From contig NC_079164.1 in NCBI RefSeq assembly GCF_947568905.1, positions 59,830,001-59,894,000 of the forward strand: a stretch of DNA of 64,000 nucleotides, read 5' to 3'. The notes under the pieces were generated by a model that saw nothing but the letters and a program-made list of their open reading frames with translations, searched no databases and had not been told where the DNA came from. Origin of the DNA: Ostrea edulis (lineage: Eukaryota). Each line of letters starts with the position of its first letter. Position 1 is the first letter of the stretch. This document shows, piece after piece, positions 36,999 through 50,119 of the stretch. A program made the position numbers and the translations under genes.

Positions 36999-37045
<47 letters not shown>

Positions 37046-37767
37046 CTGTTTTACATGCTTCAGTGTATGAGAGTATCAGTGTCCTCATTACATACAGGTA
37101 TTTACATCACGGGGGAATCGGATCTTGTTTCGTAACTTACTCTAATTCAGACACATCTTCCTGTCTTTTCTTGTCTTTCATTGTGTCAGTATGTTAGTAT
37201 GTCAGTGTGTCAGTGGACCAGTGAGTGTTGTGTTCGGTGCGATTTTCCGGGTACTATTACTGCAGGCTGGGTACAATAACATCAGCTGGTAATTGCCGTA
37301 AGAAGAAATGGCCCCGGGGTCAGCTTCGCTCATTCACTTCCAGCGACACTTATGAGTGATCATTTTCACCTGCAGTATTATTCAAGAATGTGCATACCTA
37401 CAAAGTTTTAAAATTGTACATGTATATCAAACCGGAGATTGTCATCACGAGTATTAGCAATCGAAACTGGGAAAGTACATTTGAATTAGAAGAAATTACA
37501 TAAAATGTCTTGCGTGTTAGGTATGCGTTGAATATGATTGTCATTATATATTGCTATATCAATTGTATGACATTTTCCGCAGATAATTTATTAAAAATTA
37601 TCATATCTTCGACAGTTAAATTTCTAGAATACTTCAATTTTGAAAATCACATATATATTTGCAATTTAGGCAATTTTAAAAAGTCTAAAGCATGAAGTTT
37701 AGCTGTGAACAAAACCCCTGATCGTTTTGAGATAGTCACACGATAGTACTTTATATTCTGTGAAATT

Positions 37768-37959
37768 AATCCACCTCTGATTATATCTGACCTTATAAAG
37801 ACGGTGCGCGTGTATATAAACTTAATCCACCTCTGATTATATCTGACCTTATAAAGACGGTGCGCGTGTATATAAACTTAAGACGGTGCGCGTGTATATA
37901 AACTTAAGACGGTGCGCGTGTATATAAACTTAAGACGGTGCGCGTGTATATAAACTTAA
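37768..37959 (+). repeat. Nested tandem repeat: 2 x 56 bp then 3 more 26-bp subunits (AAGACGGTGCGCGTGTATATAAACTT)
   Basis: Periods measured (37768/37824; 26-bp tail). Confidence 0.9.
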
Positions 37960-39524
37960 GGACATAGTATAACCAAAAAATTGTTACAAAATTTTGAAAA
38001 ACTATTTGTAAATGTGTCAGTATTGCTAAAAACCAATATTTACCACAAAAGTTTTCTATGAAACCACCCTTATTTTTAGCATTATTTACAAATCTTTACT
38101 TGAAAATTATTCAATGGAAAAACATTACCCAAAAATTGAAATCCTTCAAAAACTTTCTTTTATGTATTGTTGTTTGATCAAATAATAGAAAATCCCACAT
38201 AAACAAAATCTTACTTCATTTGACGCGTCTAAAATCTTGGGTATCCTTATGATCTCATTAATGCACATTGAATCAGGAAACAAAACATTATAGAAAATGA
38301 CGTTTTGTTACATATAAATATTTACATGTAGGCCTATATGTATGACAAAACACGTTTTTTAAAACTCTATATCCTTTGTGCAAACTGCAGTGACTACGAT
38401 TTTTGGGTGCAGTTGTCGTATTTTGTTCCAGGAAATTACATCATTTCTCATCAAATGATATCAATTGAAATTTGAAATGTAGATTTTTTTTCATGTCTCA
38501 TAAAAAATCTACCGGTACTGATGATACCGTTCTGTAAATAGTCATACTTACATTATTATTACCTATTATGGAATGGAACTCTGCTCCTTTGAGATATGAC
38601 AAAGTAATTCCTGTTTTATAATTCATGTAAAGTTCATCTTTATATTATAAATGTAACAAAACTCTTCCTTCTTTCTTTTTATGTTGATTAATATTAGACT
38701 AAACTTCGCCATATTTGTATAATTCTTTATGTACATGAGCAAAGTTAAGATACTCGCCACTACTTTTTTCTTTTGCACTAGGTATTTCAGTATACAGATG
38801 TTAGGATTTTTTGGAACAGAAAAACTAAATATATTGATACCCACTCAGGAAAGATAATTATCTCAGATCAGTTATACTCAAGAATCAGTGTCTATGATAT
38901 ATATGTATTTTTTATATGAAATGTCTTTACGAAAAGTATATCTACATGTACCTGTTTTTATATAAATGTGTGTATGTGGATTAAATTCATACTTAGAATT
39001 TTGAATTTTTTATTTATTTTTTATTTTTGTTTTTTGGGGGACATGCACTTCAATAGGGAAAGCTAATCCTTATAGAACCTAATTGTGCATTTTATGTTCA
39101 GTTGAATGAGTTCAAATCAAAAAATGAGAGAAACACTGAGAAATCTAGATATGTCAGATATAGGAGTATAGAAAGTATGAAACTGACACGGTTCTAGGGG
39201 GAAAAGCCATGAAACTGACACGTTCTATATACAAGGCCAAAAACTCAATTCATTGCGTCACGAGGAAATCTAATCTACTGCTCATTTGTCGTTTACGCAA
39301 TGCGGGTATTTTAGACGGTTCCCCCTTCAACCTCTCTTTCATTGTGTTAGTGTGTTAGTGGGTCAGTTCGATTACAACTAACGTCATCATGCCCTGTATT
39401 CAAAATTATTATCTGGATTGTATTACTCAATGAGTGTGGATGGAATTACGCAAAGGGACACATGACTGTGAAATATGCTTTTCGTACAAAGTCCCTGCTT
39501 GTATTCAAATAAAGTATGTGGGAC

Positions 39525-39596
<72 letters not shown>

Positions 39597-40474
39597 TCCA
39601 TGCACATTGATGGAAACATAAAGCAAATGAATGAGATTTGAAGTTTTCCAATAATCTTGCAGAAAATAAATTTTCAACCCAATGATTTATTGTAAATGAC
39701 AAAACGTGAATAAAAATTCTGAAATGACACTTGTTGTTATCTTTTACAGTTTGCGACCTACACAATCGGTGCTATTTCTTCTGCTGGTGGAGAAATGGTA
39801 ACCTCAATAAGGATTACGCCTGTGTGATATTGTGCGTTAACCTTTCATTACGTGTGGAGCACATTTGAAGTAACAGACTATTTGTTAATACCAGATATAA
39901 AAGTCAAATACTTATTAACTGTTTTCTTCTACATCTGAAAAAGCAGTGATATTTTCACCACTTTCAGAAACATATTGTACACGGCGATCAATGATAGGTA
40001 TTTTTTATTTATTGGAAAAGCGTCTTCCTTTAATTTACAGAAAAGATTGTTATTGTTTTCTTTTTGTGTTGTTGTCGTAATTGCTGGGTATTTTTTAAAT
40101 AATAAAGAATATTGATTGGGGATGTATTTTTATCATAGCACAAATGGATTGGTTCCTCTGACTTCTATGTTCCTCGCCGTCTGGTAAGTTGTCATGAGAT
40201 TGACACAGAGTTCCAACACTCAGTCAATCGTTATTTTAACAACTTCATATTATGGAACAATGTCGACCAAAAGTGAATCATCTGCAATGATATTCCTATA
40301 TGACACATTTACTATGTTCTATAGACTTTCACGAATTCGACAAATAAGCATGCAAATATTGATTAAACTTGGGAAAAACATCTTTAGGTGAAAACTACTT
40401 TATGGTGAAGTTTTTTAATCGGCATCACACACCTTGTGATCGTTAAGTTGATTAAATATACCGGTATCATGAAC

Positions 40475-43400
40475 TTTCCAAAGTAGCTATTGATTTAGGA
40501 AATGAGAATATCATTATTGTTGGGGATTTTAACCTGGTTATGGATTCTGATATAGATTATTATAATTATCTTCATCTAAATAATCCAAAAGTAAGAGACA
40601 AAGTTTTAGAAATAGTTACTCAATTTAACCTCACAGGTATTTACAGAGAGTTTCACGTATTTACAGAGAGTTTCACCCAGATAAAAAAAAGATATACATG
40701 GCGTAAACCAACCCGCCTTAAACAAGCAAGGCTTGATTTTTTTCTTTTGATATCCAATACGTTATTAAATATGATACAAGAAAGCGAAATTTTAGCAAGT
40801 TACAAGTCTGATCACTCTCCAGTGTCACTTAGTCTTAAACTCAATGAATTTACACATGGAAAAGGCTTATGGAAGTTTAATAATTCATTATTATATGACA
40901 ATGATATGAATTTCTTAAAACAATTAACCAAAAAATACATGAAATCAAACAAAAATATACATTACCTGTATACAATATCGACTATATGGACAAAATACCA
41001 GATAATGAAATTCAATTCATAGTAAATGATCAACTTTTTCTGGAAACATTACTAATGGAAATCAGGGGTAAATGTATCTCATATTCAAGCTACATTAAAA
41101 AGAAAAGTACTGAAAAGGAAAAATCACTGCTGGCACAAATAAACCAGCTAGAAGAAAAATATGAAGAAAATATTCAAACAATAATTTTCAAAAAGAAAGA
41201 ATAAGAGAATATTAGAAACCACAAACTTATAAAAAGAAAAATATAGTCAGATCTGAAGCAAAATGGACCAATGAAGGAGAGAAACCAACAAATTACTTTC
41301 TTAACTTAGAGAATAGACATTTCACAAATAAGATTGTCCCCAAATTAATAAAAGAAGATAGCACTGATGAAATTACAGTACAAAAAGATATCCTTCAGGA
41401 AATAGAAAATTATTATAGAAACCTCTATCAAAATAAGAGTGATTTATGTGACTTTGACTTTAAAAATGAAATCTTATCAGAAACAAATAGCACTAAACTT
41501 TAACGATATGCAAAAGGGTTCCCTGGAGGGCTATATTTCATATAATGAAGCAACACGTGTATTGAAAAATATGTCCAATAATAAGAGCCCTGGAAGTGAT
41601 GGCTTTACTGCAGTTTTTTATAAAGTATTTTGGAAACAATTAGGACACTGTAATTAGGTCACTAAATTTAGGATACAAATTGGGATAATTATCTGTAACA
41701 CAAAAACAAGGTATAATAACTTGTATACCAAAAGACGGGAAAAGTAAATTTTACATGAACAATTGGAGACCAATCTCTTTATTAAATGTAGTGTATAAGA
41801 TTGGATCGGGATGTATAGCCCAAAGAATTAAAACAGTAATCAGTTCAATAATCAGTACAGACCAAACTGGATTTGTTCCAGGAAGATATATAGATGAAAA
41901 TACACGTCTTATTTATGACTTCATGCAGTATACTGAGAATAATGACATACCAGGTTTATTACTAATGATAAATTTTGAAAAAGCCTTTGATACAGTGTCA
42001 TGGAAATCTATCGATAAAACGCTTCAAATTTTTTATTTTGGACCATCTTTAAGAAAATGGTTATCAGTGTTTCAACAAAACATCTCTTCAACAGTATCAT
42101 AGGCTGGTCATCTGTCAAATTTGTTTAGGCTGGGACGTGGATGTCGACAAGGTGACCCTATATCTTCTTATATTTTTTTGCTTTGCGTCGAAATTCTAGC
42201 CCTCAAATTAAAAAATAACAAAGACATAAAAGGAATTAATATTGATGACACTGAATACTTACTGTCACACTATGCTGATGACACTCTTATTATATTAGAT
42301 GGCTCTGAGAGGTCTCTTAGAGAAACAGTTAAAGAGCTAAACAACTTTTACAAAATTTCTGGACTTAAAATCAATGTATCAAAAACTCAATTAGTCTGGA
42401 TCGGTAGTAAAAAAAATACTCATCTATCAAATTATGTGAGGATGTGAATTTTCAATGGATGCATACCTTTAAACTTTTAGGGATAAACTTTGATGTAAAC
42501 TTAACGAACATTCACAAGCTCAATTATGATAAGAAACTAGTGAAAATTAAGCAAAGCATAAATCAATGGAGTAAACGACATATAACCCACTTGGTAGAAT
42601 AACTCTTATTAAATCATTGCTTATTTCACAATTGAATTATCTTTTTATTTTACTACCTTCTCCATCAAATAGCTTTATAAAGAATCTTAATGAAATTCTT
42701 TTTAACTTTTTATGGCAGTCTAAGGTTGACAAACTGAAAAGAAAGCAAATAATACAGGACCATGTAAATGGTGGACTAAAAATGACGGGCATAAATGATT
42801 AAAATCATCTTGGATGAAAAGAATTTTATATTCTCAAGACACAAAATGGAAAGTATTGTTAAATAAAATTGTCTCCTTAGAAATACTAATTAAAACAGGA
42901 TTTGATTATATAAATGTTGTTAAAAAAGACATCAACAATGCTTTCTGGAAAGATATCATTACTGCATTTCAAATAGTTCAAGATAAAATAAAAGTTCAAT
43001 CCTGGTATGACTTTATAAGCCAGCCAATATGGAATAATAACAAAATCAAAATTGGAAATAAAACAGTTTTCTATAATAAATAAAAATGGTTTGAGAAGAA
43101 TATAGTGTACATATCTGATTTACTTGATGAAAAGGGGTCTTTTTATTCTTTATAAAATTTACAGAAAATTTATAAAATCAAAACATTTTTTTGGATATAT
43201 GCTTCACTCCAAAGTTCTATAAAAACAAGCTGTACCACTGAGACAATTCGAATGGAAACCAACAACCCCAGACCTGTTGTGCCTCTTATTATTAGAATAT
43301 TCTGTACAAGTAAAATAGGAACTAAGCATATCTATAATACTCTAATTGCAGAGACCATAATTCCATTAGGAAAAATGAAATGGGGGAAAGCATTTTGAAA

Positions 43401-43900
43401 TTTCAGATTCACAATGGGAAAATATTTATTCACATCCTTTTCAATATACAAAAAATTCTAAATTGCAGTGGTTACAATTTAGAATTAACAACTACATTTT
43501 AACTACAAACTCATTCTTATTTAAGATAGGGAAGGTAGACACCAAATTATGTTGTTTATGCAAAATAGTGACGAAACAATTATTCATCTGCTTTGGGATT
43601 GTCCAAAGGTACAGGAGATTCTAAGATCGACGATCCGATCTATCATAACTTTATGTAATACAAAAGGTATCAATATTACATTAGATAAAAACTTTTATTT
43701 TTGGAATCACTAGTTCTAAAGAAATAAGCATTATTCTGTTAATTATCAAATCATATATATACAGGAAAAGATATCAGCAACAAAGCCTATCAACCCAGGA
43801 ACTGCTGATTGATCTTAAAACACTCAACATTGTAAATATGATGAATTTATAAATCAGAGGAATGCATGGTTTTTTCTCTTTGACAGACTCTGATTGGCAG
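40475..43900 (+). mobile_element. Decayed Tx1/L1-clade LINE ORF2 (APE endonuclease + RT + C-terminal zinc knuckle)
   Basis: IIVGDFN, YTWR...ARLDFFLIS..SDHSPV, NKSPGSDGF, NWRPISLLN, QTGFVPGR, FEKAFD, GCRQGDPIS, YADDT, C..C..ETIIHLLWDC. Frameshifted (e.g. 20-bp duplication 40637-40676). The UTR may run to AATAAA at 44321. Confidence 0.92.
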
Positions 43901-44403
43901 ATACACTTATCATTATCTATATTTTACTTTTTATTTTTATCTTGCTCTTTTATATGAACACAACCTAGCTATGAACGATTTACCATACTTGTATTACTTT
44001 CTCTCTTTCACCACCCCTCTCTGTCTATCTCCAACAGTCTTTCTCTCTCCCCACTCCTCTTTTTCTATATCTCTCTTGCTTTAATGTATGTATATGTATG
44101 CGTTTGTACACTTATTTGTGATATATATATATATACACCGGTATCTTGTCACCAGATTTATCAGATTACCTGCAAGATTACTTGCAGCACATTCAGTACA
44201 ACAATGTCAAACCACTTGATGTATTTCTATTATTTCTCGGGTTGTGCTACTGACACAGTAACCGACATGACCCGTCAATTTCACAAAAGGAGGGGAAACG
44301 TGCATCTTCATTTTCCGTGTAATAAATGATGTTTATCAATATTATGATAATAATTGATATACTAAATAATACAAACATGATTATCAAGTGAAAACTAAAA
44401 TAG

Positions 44404-45463
44404 ACTAGTAATTAGCTATAGTATATCATAATGTGTAAGCTATAAAGTTGTAACTAGTAATTAGCTATAGTATATCATAATGTGTAAGCTATAAAGTTGT
44501 AACTAGTCGTTAGCTATAGTATATCATAATATGTAAGCTATAAAGTAGACTAGTAGTTAGCTATAGTATATGATAATGTGTAAGCTATAAAGTTGCAACT
44601 AGTAGTTAGCTATAGTAAATGATAATGTGTAAGCTATAAAGTTGCAACTAGTAGTTAGCTATAGTATATGATAATGTGTAAGCTATAAAGTAGACTAGTA
44701 GTTAGCTATAGTATATGATAATGTGTAAGCTATAAAGTAGACTAGTAGTTAGCTATAGTATATGATAATGTGTAAGCTATAAAGTTGCAACTAGTAGTTA
44801 GCTATAGTAAATGATAATGTGTAAGCTATAAAGTTGCAACTAGTAATTAGCTATAGTAAATGATAATGTGTAAGCTATAAAGTTGTAACTAGTAGATAGC
44901 TATAGTATATGATAATGTGTAAGCTATAAAGTAGACTAGTCATTAGCTATAGTATATCATAATGTGTAAGCTATAAAGTAGACTAGTAGTTAGCTATAGT
45001 ATATGATAATGTGTAAGCTATAAAGTAGACCAGTAGTTAGCTATAGTATATCATAATGTGTAAGTTATAAAGTTGTAACTAGTACTTAGCTATAGTATAT
45101 GATAATGGGTAAGCTATAAAGTAGACTAGTAGTTAGCTATAGTATATGATAATGGGTAAGCTATAAATTAGACTAGTAGTTAGCTATAGTATATCATAAT
45201 GTGTAAGCTATAAAGTTGTAACTAGTAGTTAGCTATAGTAAATGATAATGTGTAAGCTATAAAGTTGCAACTAGTAGTTAGCTATAGTATATGATAATGG
45301 GTAAGCTATAAAGTAGACTAGTAGTTAGCTATAGTATATGATAATGGGTAAGCTATAAATTAGACTAGTAGTTAGCTATAGTATATCATAATGTGTAAGC
45401 TATAAAGTTGTAACTAGTAGTTAGCTATAGTATATGATAATGTGTAAGTTATAAAGTTGTAAC
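44404..45463. repeat. 47/49-bp minisatellite (ACTAGTAGTTAGCTATAGTATATGATAATGTGTAAGCTATAAAGT[AG|TGCA]), ~22 copies
   Basis: Direct inspection; two length variants are interspersed. Confidence 0.95.
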
Positions 45464-45694
45464 TATTTTGTTCATTCGGTGATGGACTACACTAGATATA
45501 TTTATAGATAATGTCGTCTGCGACTGATTGTTCTGTTGTCTGATCTCCAACATTTAACATCCAACCCAAACGTAAAACTGCACTATGTAAGTCCTTCGAT
45601 AGTAACATTGGATCAGCTCTGTAACCCCCTTGCTATAAAGAAAACGAGGGTATTAATTATATCCCACGCAACAAAGTTGCGAAGGATAAAATGT

Positions 45695-46150
45695 TTTTTA
45701 CCCGTCCATCAGTCCCCTTTTTTGTCATCGCAACTCCTCCAAAAACCGTTCAACAGAATTCCGTGAAACTTTGTATTTAATAAGGACACACTGTGTAGAT
45801 ATGCATATTCGCAGGACATTCTTATTTAATAATTTTTCTGGGAGTTATGCCCCTTTTGAACTTAGAATTTCGAACTTGTCTGTCCTGTTCTTGTCAACGC
45901 AACTCCTCTGAGACCGCTGAACAGAATTTCGTGAAACTTTGTTGTTACTAAGGACATACTATGTAGATGTGTATATTCCCAGAAAATTCTAATTTAATAA
46001 TTTTTCTGGGAGTTATGCCCCTATTGAACTTATAATTTCGAGTCCGTTTGTCCTGTGCTTGCAGTAATGCATTGCATTGCCATTCATTATGTGAGGCATT
46101 ATCAAGCAATGTTAGAGTGTGGGATATGTGAGCTTGCTTACCTCTGCTTT
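45695..46150 (+). mobile_element. pearl/CvA-like HINE with two 169-bp core repeats
   Basis: GCAACTCCT....ACCG.T.AACAGAATT.CGTGAAACTTTG...GGAGTTATGCCCC at 45731 and 45900; 3' end GTGAGCTTGCT...TTTT. Confidence 0.7.
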
Positions 46151-46241
46151 TTTCATATTGATTGCTATTTGTCCGTCAATATTTGATGCCCATATAATAT
46201 CTGCAGTATTGTAAGAACTTAAGCAATGAAACTCCATGAAG

Positions 46242-46552
46242 AAATGGTCAAGGTTACCATCTAACATAAGGTACCAAATGGCCAAGGTTACCAGCTAACA
46301 TAAAGAACCAAATGGTCAAGATTACCAGCTTGAATAAGCTAACAAATTGTCAAGATTACCACATAACATAAGGTAACAAATAGTCAATTATTATTGACCT
46401 ATCAGAACTTAAGGTTACCACATAATATAAGGTAACAAATTGTCAAGTTTACCATCTAACATAAGGTAACAAAGGTCAAGATTACCATAAAAAAAAACGT
46501 AACAAATGGTCAAGATTACCATCTAACATAAGGTAAAAAATGGTCAAGGTAA
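46242..46552. repeat. Degenerate 34-bp minisatellite (AAATGGTCAAGGTTACCATCTAACATAAGGTAAC), ~9 copies
   Basis: Period 34 (46242, 46276, 46310). Confidence 0.85.
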
Positions 46553-47382
46553 AACATCTTTTTCTTCGAATGAACGGCATTGGAACGGAAAGAAACCGTA
46601 CATATATTGAAAGTAAGGTATATGTGAACGATTCATGGCGTCAGGCCGTTTGAGAAACGCCCACAATAACCCAAACCCGAATTTGCCTCAAAAAGAGTGT
46701 CCTACCCTTCCTTTTTTATACATGCACATACTATATATTTACATTAACTTCCAGTGCCCGTGAATATAGCGATGAAAACAATGTTGTTTACAGTATTTAG
46801 GGGGGATCTTGTAAAACACTTTTGAATCAATTTCTCAATTTTTTATGCAAGTATCATCATGTAGCATGCAATCAAGTTTGTTCATACAATGACCCCCTGA
46901 ACTAGACCGAATATAGGTTTAAAGTTTTGCATAGAAGTATATATATACGAAAAAAATTTAAACATGTGTTTCATACCTTCATACATCAATGTACACAAAG
47001 AGAGATAACTCTAAATTCTATTTGCATTGAAATAGAGAACTTGGGTAAACGATGGTAATGATTTACTGACAAAAGAAGCCACCACGCAGGATAAAACCCG
47101 TGCTGATAATTGGGGAGAGTGTGCTTCTAGCAAAAATCTTTGAAATCGATATGGATGACAAAGAAACATTAAACAGGATATTTGATGGCAAACTAAGAAA
47201 CTTCAACAGAAACAAATTTATTCCAAGCTGTTTTAACCAACAACAAATCCCTCAAGCACCTGACGTTTGGGCCCATATTTCCTCAGATCCACCCCACCCC
47301 CTTCTTACTGTATAAAACTAAACTTTAAGAAGATATTTTCCTAAAATGTATATGTCTGTTATATATATATACCTATGTTTAA

Positions 47383-47442
<60 letters not shown>

Positions 47443-47470
47443 TTTTTTTTAAATCACCCAGTCGCATTAA

Positions 47471-47780
47471 GGAGGTATGCTACACCAGAGAAATTTGATG
47501 TAGATGAAAAGTGGAGGATATGTACAACAATATTTTGAAGTTGAAAAATTTCAAATTTACTTTATTTTGTCAAAAAATACAGTTTTAGTAGAAGGTAATC
47601 TGGAAAAAAATTAAAACCCCTGCTGGACTCGAACCTGCGACCTACAGTTCAGCAGTCGGTATTCTAACCTACTGATCTACTCGGCTAGGTATGTTAATAG
47701 AAATGGAAAAGTCAAATGTTGCTGATATCGAATTTTTCATTTAAAGGAAGTCAGCCATTATGACGATGTAGAGTACTACC
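47471..47780. mobile_element. 310-bp TTAA-flanked MITE with GG termini (Kolobok-like)
   Basis: TTAA at 47467-47470 and 47781-47784; imperfect TIR GGAGGTATGCTACACC vs GGTAGTACTCTACATC (11/16). Confidence 0.6.
47612..47686 (-). pseudogene. tRNA-like Pol III cassette (Tyr/Asn-like, non-functional fold) inside the MITE
   Basis: Minus strand: TAGATCAGTAGGTTAGA (A-box-like), AGGTCGCAGGTTCGAGTCCAGC (B-box/T arm), then a T7 run. Acceptor and anticodon stems do not pair. Confidence 0.65.
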
Positions 47781-47908
47781 TTAAGTGAAAATAAAACGGG
47801 GACGAAAATTCTCGGTACATGTATATAGTATAAACAATGACAGTTATTCAAAGGACATAGATTTTGTTTGTTTAAACACGCTCACTCTTATACAAATACA
47901 AATACTAT

Positions 47909-48328
47909 AGGGTTATTGAACTTATGTTGGTGAATATTGGCACGAGTTGGCTGTCAAAATGCACGAGCTTGCGACGTAAACAAGCCAAAATGGCAGACGA
48001 CGGTCCTCCGAATCTGACAGAGCCGGTATGTTTTACTGTACATAAATTATGATGCCCCCATTTACAAAATCAGTTTGCTTCATTGCATTAATGACGGGTT
48101 AAATATTGAACAGTGAAGAAATGCTGTTATTGCACACCTTCACCTTAGATGCCAATATTGATGAATTCTCGTCTGTTTTGGAGTAGTTTGAGTGAAAAGG
48201 GATATAATTTAACAACTAAATACTTTAGCTATATAATAAAAGGGTTATCGAACTTATATAGGTGAATATTGGCTGTCATAATGCACTCGCAAACTCGTGC
48301 ATTTTTACAGCCAACTAGTGCCAATATC
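47909..48328 (+). mobile_element. Element bounded by two copies of a palindromic module (AGGGTTAT.GAACTTAT..GGTGAATATTGGC...GCCAATAT)
   Basis: Direct repeats at ~47909-47972 and ~48241-48328; the second forms a GGCTGT.A.AATGCAC...GTGCATT..TACAGCC hairpin. Confidence 0.45.
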
Positions 48329-48447
48329 TTTCATTCATTGATGTGGAATTATATCTACCACTTTCTATTGCACGTTTACGTGCACTTAATCTAATTCTAC
48401 TAAGAGAGGATCTTTCAGATCTTTTTCTGAGTAAATCAACATATGGA

Positions 48448-48990
48448 TATGGCGTGTAAAACGTTGCTATATCCGATAATCTTATGATGTATGTTCAATA
48501 TTTTGTGATGTATGTTCAATATTTTGTGATGTATGTTCAATATCTTGTGATGTATGTGTGACAGACTCATATTATACATGTATATTGTATGATATGATGG
48601 GTATATGTATAAAGAATCGGTTCATTGAATAAAATGCTTAGGCAAGGTAATGTAATTTAAACGTGCAGTCAAGCATAAAAATTTGGTCACTTTCCCAGTG
48701 TAATGGCCTGGGGTATATAATTATATTTTGGCCAAATGTCCCTTGTCTTTTAATTTTTTCCAACCAATGAAAATCGTCCTTACTTTAATAGTACGCTGTT
48801 GCATCATATTACCCATAATGCAATTATTGCACATACATCACAAGATTATCGAACATACATAACAAGATATAGAATATACATCACAAAATATTGAACATAC
48901 ATCACAAGATTATTGAACATACATCACAAGATATTGAACATACATCACAAGATTATTGAATATACATGTAGCATCGTTTTACACGCAATA
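48448..48990. mobile_element. Two further fragments of the 21-mer family in opposite orientations (48448-48556 +, 48757-48990 -)
   Basis: TATGGCGTGTAAAACGTTGCTA at 48448 and its inverse TAGCATCGTTTTACACGCAATA at ~48969-48990; 21-mers in both. Confidence 0.75.
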
Positions 48991-49796
48991 TATGGACTTC
49001 TTTTTCTTGTGTATATTTTTTTTTAAATTATAAAATTTATGTTTTTTTAACCAAAGATTTTTTATGATTGCTCCTGTGTGCACTGGTCAATGATTCTTTG
49101 TTTTATGTTTGGTATATGTGTAGTTACACGTGGGTGTTGCTAAAACGCAAAACAGAAAATGGGTATTCTAAAATAAAAGGCTTATGAACAAGGATATTTC
49201 TTGCGAATTACAGAGAGAACGGGAAGTCATCCTCAGTTTCTACACTGTACATGTCTTCATAAGTTACAAGTACCATTGTATTTAAAGATCATTGACTTAT
49301 GAAAAGTAGGAAACAAGAGCTTGTAGGTACCACCCCCTTTTCTTCTGACTTAGTCATTTTCTGACCCCACCACCATCGATTGTGACAATATACTGTTTCA
49401 AACAAAACAAAAACAAACAAAAAACAAAAAGAAAAAAATTATGATTTAACTTTTCAAAGGATGAGGTGAAATGGTTATATGAAATGGCCCCAAATATATC
49501 CTTATTTCATGTTAAAATTTATATGATTCAACTAATTAACATTTGCACTTTTATTATTTGAATGTTATATACACGGCGCATAAATTCGCCACAAACTCTA
49601 TATATCTCTGAGTTTGGGGTTTCCTCATTAGCTGAAATTCCCATAGGAATTCGGCCTAGCCCATACTTTTACAAATCTGTAAATATATAAACGATAGTAG
49701 GTACAGTTACATAATTTAGGCTCTGGTTGTATATAATTTTAAAAAACTTTCAAATTTCGCATGGCGATAAACGCAACCCATAATGATATCGTCCAT

Positions 49797-49831
<35 letters not shown>

Positions 49832-49906
49832 TTAGCAAATATTTTACTAGAAGTTCCTCCATTATGGAAACCTGTTTGAACTCGGTGTATCTCGCTCTAT
49901 AAAAAA

Positions 49907-50119
49907 GACGATATCACATGATTTGGATGTATTGACCGCTGTTCTAGGAACGATATCACGTGATTTGGATGTATTGACCGCTGTTCTAGGAACGATATCA
50001 CATGATTTGGATGTATTGACCGCTGTTCTAGGAACGATATCACATGATTTGGATGTATTGACCGCTGTTCTAGGAACGATATCACATGATTTGGATGTAT
50101 TGACCGCTGTTCTAGGAAC
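49907..50119. repeat. 42-bp minisatellite x5 (AACGATATCACATGATTTGGATGTATTGACCGCTGTTCTAGG)
   Basis: Period 42 (49909/49951). Confidence 0.95.
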
